Shown here in pieces: positions 1-9,900 of a stretch of DNA of 64,000 bases; positions within the stretch are counted from its first letter, which is position 1; every line of letters begins with the position of its first letter. The DNA is taken from contig NC_086097.1 in NCBI RefSeq assembly GCF_963921235.1, forward strand, positions 147,376,001 through 147,440,000. Direction: 5' to 3'. This stretch comes from Mobula hypostoma (Eukaryota). The translations under genes were made by a program, and so were the position numbers. The notes under the pieces were generated by a model. That model saw only the letters and a list, made by a program, of their open reading frames with translations, was not told where the DNA came from and searched no databases.

Positions 1-625
1 TTTTACATCTATCACAATAACTATCAACAATAGGAAATATTTTAGACAGTCTCTCCTTCATCAAATGATAACAGTGTACAATTTTAAATTGAGTCAGTAA
101 ATGACTAGCACAGATCAAAGAACCGTTAACCAGCTTCAGAATCCACGTCCAATCCTCCGTCATGAAAGTCAAATTGAGTTCCTTTTCCCAATCTTGTTTA
201 ATCTTAAATAAAAGACGCTTATTCCATTGTAATAATAAATTATAAATTCTTCCAATGGAACCCTTCATTGAAGGGTTCATACTCATAATAGTATCTAACA
301 GGTCAGCATCCAATATGTAAGGAAAATTACTTAAATATTTTTGTAAAAGTTGCTAATTTAAACCTATACCCTGTGATTAAGCAAATTTGGCTCCAGTTCT
401 GCAAATTTTTTTAATCTTAAAAAATTAAAACTTTATAGTTTAATTTATCGAAATTACTTTTTTAAGACTTCTTTGAGTGATCCAATTTTTTTACTTTGGA
501 AAAATAAAGGTATTAATTCATTTTTGGATTTATTTAAAGAAGATAGATTGTTGTCTTTTCAACAACTAGTTGATAAATATTCTCTTTCATACTTACAAAT
601 TTTACAATACCTTCAAGTTTGACAT
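1..625 (-). mobile_element. L1-clade LINE 3' ORF2 fragment with 5' inversion (continues off the left edge)
   Basis: Minus strand 348->1 translates to FLQKYLSNFP...KIKQDWEKEL...ICASHLLTQFKIVH...YCDRCK (L1 ORF2 C-terminus, homologous to ORF 18848-19675). Plus strand 349-625 encodes the immediately upstream ORF2 segment (WKNKGINSFLDLF...SFQQLVDKY...YLQV*H). Confidence 0.85.
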
Positions 626-861
626 CTTTGTCCTCATTTTTTAATTTAACTACAATTTAATGAATATACTTTGACTACATTCTGAACTTCTATTATTCAC
701 TTTCATGCCTAAAACAAATCTTTACTGAAAGATTAAGTCCATTTATGCCTATGTTTTCTTAGTTTTGAACATTATGGGGGCATCACACCTGGCCTTTTGT
801 TAAATTGGGATTAAGTGTATTTGCAATTTCCCCTGCAACACTATTGATTTTCCAATGACAC

Positions 862-1264
862 TGTTGCAAGGACGTGGCTGAGGACAAACCCGAGTGCAGG
901 ACTCAGGCACAGAGACAGGGTCGTGAGGCACTAGCACAGTTGCGAATGTGGAACAGGTATCCAGGAGAGTCTTTACATGGAGACAAGGTTTACACAGATT
1001 ATCCAGGAAATGGTCCAGAGCTTAGAATTGACAGTCCTAAGGAATCAGGAAACAAGGTTACACACACTACAAACATTTGTAGAATAGACCAGCAAACTGG
1101 CAGCCCATTGCTGTGACTCCAGAGCTCTTATCCTGCATTCACTAATGGGAAGGAGGTGTGTTGTAATTAATGGAACTAGGAACAATTGGAAATCAGATGA
1201 GGGAATTAAGGCCCAATCAAGCAGATGATAGCAAGATGGGAGATTGCCAGACAGGACCATGAAA
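862..1264 (-). repeat. 3' LTR of chromovirus (~403 bp)
   Basis: Ends ...TGCAACA on the minus strand. Starts TTTCATGG (degenerate TGTCATGG) directly after the polypurine tract GGGGTGGGGAGTAC (1265-1278). Homologous to 4496-4745. Confidence 0.9.
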
Positions 1265-1702
1265 GTACTCCCCACCCCAAATGAGAGCCTCCAGGCCAAT
1301 CTCCAGGCTTCTCCGGATGGTCCCGATGTATGAGGGAGGGGTCCAGATGAAGGGGCGGGGAACCCAGGAATGCTCCTCTGGGCCGTACCCTTCCCAGTCG
1401 ACCAGGTATTGGAGACCCCTGCCCTGACGGTGCACATCCAGTAGCCTCTGGACGGTGTATGCCGGATGGTTGTTGATGATTCGGGTGGGTGGAGGGGTTT
1501 CGGTCGAAGGGCACAAGGGACTGACGGAAACTGGTTTTAATTGGGAAACATGAAACGTAGGATGGATGTGCATAGACTTCGGTAGCTTAAGTCGAACTGC
1601 TGTGGGGTTGATGATACTTTCGACTTCGAAAGGGCCCAGGAAGCGAGGGGCGAGTTTCTTAGGCTCATTTTTGAGAGAAATGTCTCTGGATGAGAGCCAC
1701 AC
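1217..1702 (-). pseudogene. Integrase C-terminus with GPY/F motif and chromodomain
   Basis: [12 protein letters not shown]...[11 protein letters not shown] followed by [34 protein letters not shown]. Confidence 0.9.
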
Positions 1703-4495
1703 CTTCTGACCAGGTCGATACTCAGGCGCTGGAGTCAGATGCCAATCGGCAATCCTCTAGTTGCGATCGGCCGATTGGAGCAGGGCCGTGCTTGTGTCCT
1801 CCCAAACCTTGCAGCACCGATCAATATGGGCCTGAACAGACTGCACCACAGTCTCCTCTTCTTGAATGGGAAACAGCAGGGGTTGGTAACCAAAGGAGCA
1901 TTCAAAAGGCGATCTTCTGGTGGCAGTACTAACCAGAGAGTTGTGGGCCTACTCTACCCACGCAAGCTGGTCACTCCAGGTAGATGGGTTGTTGGTTGTT
2001 ATGCAACGTAGTGCCGCCTCCAAATCCTGGTTGACCCGTTCCACTTGCCCGTTCGTCTGAGGATGGAAGTCGGATGACAGGCTAACGAAGGCACCCAGGG
2101 CTTGGCAGAAGGACTTCCATACCTGCGAGACGAATTGGGGACCCCGATCGGAGATGATACCCGCAGGGATTCCGTGGAGGCGAATGAGAAGGTCTGTGGT
2201 GTCTTGTGCCGAAAGGAGTTTAGGGAGGGCTACAAAATGCACTGTCTTGGAGAAGCGGTCTACCACGGTGAGTACAGTGGTGTTTCCATGTGACGGGGGT
2301 GGTCCCGTGATGAAATCTAGGGCGATGTGCGACCAAGGATGACCTGGGACAGGTAGGGGACGAAGTAATCCAGCAGGTGGCAGGTGGGAGGCTTTTCCGC
2401 GGGCACAGATGGAACATGCCAAGACATAGGAACGGGTATCCTCATAGGCCACCAAAAATGTCTTTTCAGGAGAGACAGTGTCCGATCACTCCCGGGGTGG
2501 CAGGCGAACCGAGATGTGTGCCCCCACTGGAGAACCTGAGAGCTGATGGAATCAGGCACAAAAAAGCGATTGGCAGGTTCATTGCCGGGGTCAGGGTCAT
2601 CCCGTTGGGCCTCTTTCACAATAGGCTCGGTTTCCTACGTGAGGGCTGACACCACACAGGATGGTGGGAAGATGGTCTCTGGGCTGGAAACATCCTTCTT
2701 GGAATTGTACTGGCAGGAGAGCACGTCAGGTTTCCCGTGTTTGGACCCTGGACAGTAGGTGAGAGTAATCTTGAGTTGTCCAAAATACAATGAGGGGCAG
2801 TGGGTACTTATTTTTGATGGTTATGTTATTTAGGCCTCGGTAATTGATACAGGGACGAAGCAAACCATCCTTTTTCTTGACAAGGAAGAAACTGGCGCCC
2901 ACTGGGGAGGATGAGGGTCGAATAATGCCCGCCACGAGGGACTCACTAATGTATTTTTCCATGGCCTCTCTCTCCGGTTGGGATAAGTTATAAAGACGAC
3001 TGGTGGGTAATGAGGCCCTGGGGGGAAGGTCAATAGTGCAATCATATGGGCGGTGCGGAGGCAGGGGTAGAGCCCATTTTTCGCTGAATACCTGTCCCAG
3101 GCTGTGGTATTCTGCGGGAATTCTGGACAAGTCAAGAGGCTCCAAGACAGGTGAGGTCGCGGTAGCCTCCCAGGGGATGGAGCCGACTGCAGACAGGTGG
3201 TGTGGCAAAATAGGCTCCAGCTGGCTATCCTCCCAGTAGACCAGTCAATGTTAGAGTTGTGGCTGTTCAACCAGGGGTATCATGGAACTGTAGGGGCTTG
3301 AGGAGAATGGATGAGATTAAATCGTACCTTCTCTCAATGGTTTCCGGACAGAATCAAGGTCAGGGGTGTCGTACAGTGGGTGACCTGAGCCAGAAGTTTT
3401 CTGTCCAGTGCCCGGGCCTCCAGAGGGGTACTTAATGGTTCCCGAGGAATTCCGGCCTGGGAGGCTATGTCCTTGTCCAGCAGATTTCCCTTGGCACCGG
3501 AATCCACCAAGGCGGATAGGGATAGGGACTGTTGTTGATAGGTTCACAGTAGCCGGGATTGGCATCCGGGTTTGGGGAACTGAAGGGAGGGTCGTCTGAC
3601 TCACCAGAACAGATGGAGCGGGAGTTACACCAGGAGCGGACGGGGAAGAGAGGCTGGCTGAAGATGGTAAGGTGGGCTGTAGGATGACCCGAGGAGCGGG
3701 ACGACCGGTCTTCTCTCTCAGACGCTCTCGAAGTCGATTATCTAGCCTGGTGGCTTGAGAGATCAATGAGTCCAGGCTGTTTGCGTCATCCCTTGCCGCT
3801 AGTTCATCTTTTATCTTGTTAGAGAGACCCTGTCGAAATACTTCCCGTAGTGCCTCGTCATTCCACCCAGAGTCGGCCGCTAATGTTCGGAACTCTATGG
3901 AGTATTTTGCTAAGCTTTGCAAGCCCTGACAGAGAGTCAGTAGGCACCTAGCGACGTCCTTACCGCGAATGGGCTGTTCAAAAACCTTCCTCATTTCAGA
4001 GATGAAGGAGAAGAAGGAGGAACAGACCTCTGGCCTGTTGTCCCAGATCACAGTGGCCTATGCTGAGGCATCCCCTCCTAACAGCCCCATGATGTATGCA
4101 ATTTATGATCTGTCTGAGGTGTACATACGTGGCTGTTGCTCAAAAACCAGAGAGCATTGTAGTAAGAAAGCCCGGCACTTCCCTAGGTCCCCTGTGTAGG
4201 GTTCCGGTTCGGGTACGTACAGCTCTCCAGGTGATTGTGTTTCGACCCAAGGGGTGCAGCCATCCCAGGCCGTGCGGTTTGGTCAGACTGGGTTCTTGGA
4301 AGGGATGGATTAAGGGGAGATATGATACGCGGTCAACCTGCTCACTGACCTCCTTTACATCCTCAGACAGGGCACGAAGATTTTCCATGACCTCTCTGAG
4401 CAGTTGATCATGTAAGCCCAGTAGGGATCCCTGGTTGACAAGGGCCTGTTGCACAGTGTCCATGTCTGCTGGGTTCATTCTGGGTCAGTTCGTTC

Positions 4496-4745
4496 TGTTG
4501 CAAGGACGTGGCTGGGGAACGAACTCAAGTGCAGGACACAGGCACAGAGACAGGGTCATGAGACACTAGCACAGTCGCGAACATGGAACAGGTATCCAGG
4601 AGAGTCTTTACACGGAGACAAGATTTACATAGATTATCTAGGAAATGGTTCAGAGCTTAGAACTGACAGTTCTAAGGAATCAGGAAACAAGGTTACACAC
4701 ACTAGAATAGACCAACAAACTGGCAGCCTATTGTTGTGACTCCAG
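4496..4745 (-). repeat. Truncated 5' LTR of chromovirus
   Basis: Matches 862-1121 and stops abruptly at ...GACTCCAG, where a Rex1-type 3' UTR begins. The U3 part is missing. Confidence 0.88.
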
Positions 4746-4960
4746 GGTTATTATCAAAGTATGCATATGTTGGCATATACAACCCCGAGATTTATTTTCT
4801 TGCAGGCATACTGAAGAAATCCAGTAACCATAACAGAATCAATGAAAGACTGCACCAACAGGGTGGCCAACCAGTGTGCAACAAACAACAAACTATGCAT
4901 ATGCAAAAAGAAAGTAAAAGATAATATTAATAATAAATATTAAATAAATAAATAGGCAAT

Positions 4961-5245
4961 TGTGGCGACCCACTTTCTGGCACCCACGAACCGGCTCACA
5001 ACAGCGCACGCAGGAAAGGGCCGGCCCCAAAAAGGGCGCCAGGCCACCTTCACCAGCAGGGGGAAAATCCCGTGCGCAGAAAGGGTCTGGGAATATGCAT
5101 TCCCCACAGTAGTCCCGCCCCAGGGAGGGCGGGAACGGGAAGGCTTTAAAGCAGGCCGCGAAGTCTGAATAAATCTTTTTCATCACAACTCTAACTCACC
5201 GACTCCGTGTGGTTATTCTAGCGCTGTGTGTAGCACATCGCTACA
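4961..5245 (+). repeat. 5' LTR (285 bp)
   Basis: TG...CA ends, AATAAA at ~5168. About 15-16 differences from the 3' LTR by eye, many at CpG. Confidence 0.95.
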
Positions 5246-5247
5246 AT

Positions 5248-5261
5248 TGGTGACCCCGACG
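5248..5261 (+). promoter_or_regulatory. Primer binding site complementary to the tRNA-Trp 3' end
   Basis: TGGTGACCCCGACG, 2 nt after the LTR, matches the first 14 nt of the canonical tRNA-Trp PBS TGGTGACCCCGACGTGAT. Confidence 0.9.
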
Positions 5262-5285
5262 GCCCAAACGATATTTGGACCAGAG

Positions 5286-5990
5286 ATGACCTACGCTGCA
5301 TCTGTTCACGCAGTTTCGTTAAAACTGCCAAGCTTCTGGACTCTGCGACCCCAATTATGGTTGGAACAGGCAGAAGCACAATTCCACATTCGGCAGATAA
5401 CCGCGGAGTCCACTCGCTACTACTACGTGCTGAGCTCTCTCGACCAGGAGACAGCTGCACAAGTTGAGGAGTTTATACAGTCGCCCCCGGAGGACGGCAA
5501 ATACACAGCATTCAAAGCCCTGCTCATAAGGACTTTCGGACTCTTACGGCGCGAACAAGCACGCTGCTTAATGCACCTGGATGGTTTGGGAGACAGGCTG
5601 CCGTCAGCATTAATGAACGAGATGCTGGCCCTGGCTGAAGGACACAAACCCTGCCTCATGTTTGAGCAGGCGTTCCTAGAGCAACTGCCCGAGGACATAT
5701 GCCTGCTGCTGTCCGACGCAGATTTCAGCAACCCCCGAGAGGTGGCAGCTGGAGCAGATGTGCTGTGGAATGCCAGGAAAGAGAGAGGGGCATCCATCGC
5801 ACAGATCACCAAGCCGCGTGCCCAACGACAGACCAGACCAGGCCCGGCAGCAGAGCCTACAAAACCCGGCGACGGGAGTGAGGAGCCCAACGAACAATGG
5901 TGTTTCTACCACCAGCGTTGGGGCACGGAGGCCCACCGCTGCAGACCACCCTGCAAATTCCCAGGAAACGCCAGGGCCAGCCGCCGCTGA
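5286..5990 (+). CDS. gag: Gag protein with CHCC nucleocapsid motif (open frame)
   Basis: AVSLKLPSFW...QAEAQFHIRQIT N-terminus and C-X2-H-X9-C-X3-C (CFYHQRWGTEAHRCRPPC). Confidence 0.9.
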   Translation: MTYAASVHAVSLKLPSFWTLRPQLWLEQAEAQFHIRQITAESTRYYYVLSSLDQETAAQVEEFIQSPPEDGKYTAFKALLIRTFGLLRREQARCLMHLDGLGDRLPSALMNEMLALAEGHKPCLMFEQAFLEQLPEDICLLLSDADFSNPREVAAGADVLWNARKERGASIAQITKPRAQRQTRPGPAAEPTKPGDGSEEPNEQWCFYHQRWGTEAHRCRPPCKFPGNARASRR

Positions 5991-8990
5991 TGGCTACGGT
6001 GGCTGGCCATCAGGACAGCCTCCTGTATGTCTGGGACAAGCAGTCGGGACGCCGCTTTTTGGTCGACACTGGAGTGGAGATCAGCGTCTTACCTCCAACG
6101 AGTTACGACACCTGCAACAGAGAACCGGGACCCACCCTGAGGGCCGCAAATGGCAGCACAATACGAACCTACGGCACCCACATGGTGCGGCTACAGTTCA
6201 GCTCCAGCCGGTTCACGTGGGACTTCACACTGGTCGCCGTGGCCCAACCACTCCTGGGGGCGGATTTTCTGCAAGCCCACAGCCTGCTGGTCGACCTGCA
6301 AGGGAAGCGATTAGTCCACGCCAAGACTTTTCAAACGTTCTCCCTGGGTGAAGCACAGTTGCCAGACCCACACCTGGACTCCATCACGCTGTCCGACGAC
6401 GAATTCAACAGGGTCCTGGCGGATTTCCCATCAGTACTGACACCGCAGTTCACAGCAGCCATGCCCAGACACGGAGTACAGCACCACATCCGACCCAGGG
6501 ACCACCCCTCCACGCCCGTGCTCGAAGGCTTCCCCAGGACAAGCTCCGACTGGCGAAGGAGGAGTTCAAGAAGATGGAGGAATTGGGGATCATACGACGG
6601 TCCGACAGCCCATGGGCCTCCCCCCTTCACATGGTGCCCAAGGCAACGGGGGGTTGGAGACCATGCGGTGACTACCGCAGACTGAACGAGGCTACAACGC
6701 CAGACCGCTACCCTATGCCACACATTCAAGACTTCGCAGCAAACCTACACGGCGCAAGGATCTTTTCCAAGGTAAACCTCCTCCGGGGATACCATCAAAT
6801 CCCTGTACATCCGGACGACATCCCCAAAACAGCCCTTATCACCCCGTTCGGACTTTTTGAATTCCTCCGAATGCCGTTTGGTCTAAAGAATGCCGCACAG
6901 ACTTTCCAGCGGCTAATGGACGCGGTGGGACGCGACCTGGACTTTGCATTCATCTATTTGGAAGACATCTTCATAGCCAGCAGTAGTCGGCAGGAGCATC
7001 TGTCCCACCTCCGCCAGCTCTACTCCCGCCTGAGCGAATTTGGCCTTACAATCAATCCAGCCAAATGCCAGTTCAGACTCGACACCATCGACTTCTTGGG
7101 CCACAGGATTACTAAAGACGGGGCAACCCCGCTGCCTGCCAAGGTAGACGCGGTCCGCAACTTCCCCCAACCCAACACAAACAAAGGCCTGCAGGAATTC
7201 GTGGGTATGGTGAATTTCTACCACCGTTTCCTCCCCTCAGCAGCCCGAACCATGCAACCCCTGTTCACTCTAATGTCGGGTAAGGGCAAGGACATTACCT
7301 GGGACGAAGAGGCCGCAACCACTTTCGTTAAAGCCAAAGAGGCCTTGGCAAACGCCGCGATGCTAGTGCACCCCAGAACGGACATTCCTACTGCTCTCAC
7401 GGTGGACGCATCCAACACAGCGGTCAGTGGAGTGCTGGAACAACTCATCGAGGGCCGCTGGCAACCCCTGGCGTTCTTCAGCAAACACCTACGACCACCC
7501 GAACTCAAATACAGTGCTTTCCACCGGGAGCTATTGGCACTATACCTGGCAATCCGACATTTCAGGTACTTCTTAGAAGGTAGGCCCTTCACCACGTTCA
7601 CAGACCACAAACCGCTTACCTTTGCGTTCATGAAGGTGTCCGACCCCTGGTTGTCCCGCCAGCAGTGACACCTGTCCTACATCTCCAAGTACACGACGGA
7701 CATCCGGCATGTCTCGGGAAAGGACAACGTCGTGGCGACGCACTTTCCAGACTGTCCCAGGGGGTGGACTATGCAGTGCTGGCAGAGGCACAGCAGGCAG
7801 ACACTGAGATCCCCAGTTACAGGACTGCAGTCTCCGGTTTGCAGCTCCAAGACCTCCCCGTAGGCCCAGGTGAGAGGGTCCTACTGTGTGACGTAGGAAC
7901 CGGCCAACCCTGTCCTGTCGTCCCAGCAGCCTGGCGCCGGCGGGTTTTCGAGTCCATTCACAACTTAGCACACCCCTCCATCAGGACAACCGTCCGGCTG
8001 GTCGCCAACAGGTTCGTGTGGCATGGACTGCGTAAACAGGTCAGTGAATGGGCCAAAACGTGCATGCAGTGCCAAACGGCCAAGGTGCAGTGGCATACCA
8101 AGGCTCTGCCGCAGCGGTTCGAACCCACCCGCCGGAGGTTTGACCACATCCATGTGGATATCGTGGGGCCCCTGCCAGTGTCACGAGGAGCACGGTACCT
8201 CCTAACTATGATAGACCGGTTCACCAGATGGCCAGAGGCAGTCCCACTCACCGACACCACCTCCGAATCCTGCGCCCGAGCACTGATCACAACCTGGGTA
8301 GCACGCTTTGGGGTACCGGCCCACATTACCTCCGACAGGGGCGCCCAGTTCACCTCCAGTCTGTGGTCAGGTATGGCCAACCTTTTAGGGTCTCAGCTAC
8401 ACCACACAACTGCCTACCACCCACAGTCGAACGGACTAGTGGAGTGCTTCCACCATCACCTGAAATCGGCTCTCATGGCCCGCCTGGAGGGGCCTAACTG
8501 GGTGGATGAGCTTCCCTGGGTCCTGCTCGGAATCCGCATGACGCCCAAAGAGGATCTGCACACCTCGTCGGCCGAGTTGGTGTACGGCACACCCCTGGTC
8601 GTCCCAGGAGAGTTCATACCAGCCCCAAGGGGCAAGAGGAAGAACCCGCAGCAGTCCTGGACAGACTACGGGAAAGGCTCAGTAACCTGGCCCCCATCCC
8701 CACTTCACAGCACGGACAGAGCCCGACCTGCGTACCCAAAGACCTGCAGAACTGTAAGTTTCTTTTTGTACGACGGGGGGGGGGGGAACACCAGGCACCG
8801 CCACAGCGGCCCTACGAGAGGCCGTTCAAGGTGATCAGGAACAACGGGTCCACGTTCGTGCTGGACATTGGGAGGAGAGAGGAGGTTTTCACGGTGGACC
8901 GACTCAAACTGGCCCATGTGGACTTGGCGCAGCTGATCCCGGCTCAGGCACCGCGGCGCAGGGGCAGACCTCCCAAACAGAGGCCGATCC
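5963..8990 (+). pseudogene. pol: pol (protease, RT, RNase H, integrase), disrupted
   Basis: FLVDTG protease. RT has degenerate catalytic motifs (FSKVNL, YLED). Frameshifts near 6490, 7735 and 8630, stop at 7666-7668. Integrase HHCC and D,D,E motifs (HVDIV, TSDRG, GLVE). Confidence 0.92.
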
Positions 8991-9044
8991 AGACTGTGGA
9001 CATTGGGGGGGGGGGGTATCGCCGGTTCTGGGGCGGGGGGATTA

Positions 9045-9330
9045 TGTGGCGACCCACTTTCTGGCACCCACAAACCAGCTCACAACAGCGCGCGCAGGCA
9101 GAGGGCTGGCCCCAAAAAGGGCGCCAGGCCATCTTCACCAGCAGGGGGAAAATCCCGCGCGCGGAAAGGTTCTGGGAATATGCATTCCCCACAGCAGTCC
9201 CGCCCCAGGGAGGGCGTGAACGGGAAGACTTTAAAGCAGGCCGCGAAGTCTGAATAAATCTCTTTCATCGCAACTCTAACTCACCGACTCCGTGTGGTTA
9301 TTCTAGCGCTGTGTGTAGCACACCGCTACA
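9045..9330 (+). repeat. 3' LTR (286 bp)
   Basis: Direct repeat of 4961-5245, preceded by PPT and followed by TSD CAAT. Confidence 0.95.
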
Positions 9331-9900
9331 CAATAACTATTAAGAACATGTAATGAGGAGGCCTTGAAAGTGAGTGCATAGGTCATGGGAAAGTTCAGTG
9401 ATGGGAAGTTATTCCCTCTGGTTTAGGAGCTGATGGCTGAGGAATAGTAACTATTCCAGAACCTGGTGGTGTGGGACCTGAGACTCCTGTACCTTCCTTC
9501 TGATGGTAGCAATGGGATAACAGCGTGACCTGGGTGGGGTGGTCCTTGATGATGGATGCTGCTTTACTGCAACAACACTCCATGTAGATGTGCTCAATGG
9601 TGGGGAGGGCTTTACCTGTGATGCATTGTGCTGTATCAATTACTTTTTGATGGCCCATTCATTTTGTACCATTGGTATTTTCATACCAGATTGTGCTGCA
9701 GTCAGTCCATATAGTCTCCATCACATATATACAGAAGTTTATCAGGGTTTTAGATGTCACACCAAACCTTCGCAAACTCCTAAGGAAGTAGAGGTGCTGT
9801 CATACTTTCAAAATCAATCAAGTCCTCAAAGCAAGGATTTTGCAATAGAGTCCACTAAAGCACAGTTAAGAGGTGCTTTATGTTCTAGACTATTGTTAGA

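Larger units (their letters stand above)
862..4745 (-). mobile_element. Ty3/Gypsy chromovirus (Tf1/sushi group) LTR retrotransposon, internally deleted and frameshifted
   Basis: Direct repeats at 862-1121 and 4496-4745. Gag fragments (ORFs 4140-4478, 3317-4051, retrotransposon gag EFRTLAADSGWNDEAL), protease LVDSGA ~3500, RT N-terminus (ORF 2726-3208), integrase (ORF 1949-2455, [10 protein letters not shown]...SDRGPQF), GPF motif and chromodomain (ORF 1217-1702). Confidence 0.95.
4961..9330 (+). mobile_element. Full-length Ty3/Gypsy LTR retrotransposon, CsRn1/Kabuki/Boudicca-like clade, pol disabled
   Basis: LTRs 4961-5245 and 9045-9330 (TGTGG...CTACA), 4-bp TSD CAAT (4957-4960, 9331-9334), tRNA-Trp PBS, G-rich PPT 9030-9044, gag plus PR-RT-RH-IN. 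Confidence 0.97.
4747..9822 (-). mobile_element. Rex1/Babar-like LINE 3' fragment, split by the Gypsy insertion at 4961-9330
   Basis: 4747-4960 and 9335-9822 resemble the 3' UTR and C-terminus seen at 58690-60300. ORF 9395-9658 (QKVIDTAQCITGKALPTIEHIY) is the typical Rex1 C-terminus. Confidence 0.75.

Noticed and set aside
862..4745. Domesticated sushi-derived gene (PEG10/RTL1-like)
   Set aside because: LTRs are retained and the coding region has frameshifts and large deletions, consistent with a decaying transposon.
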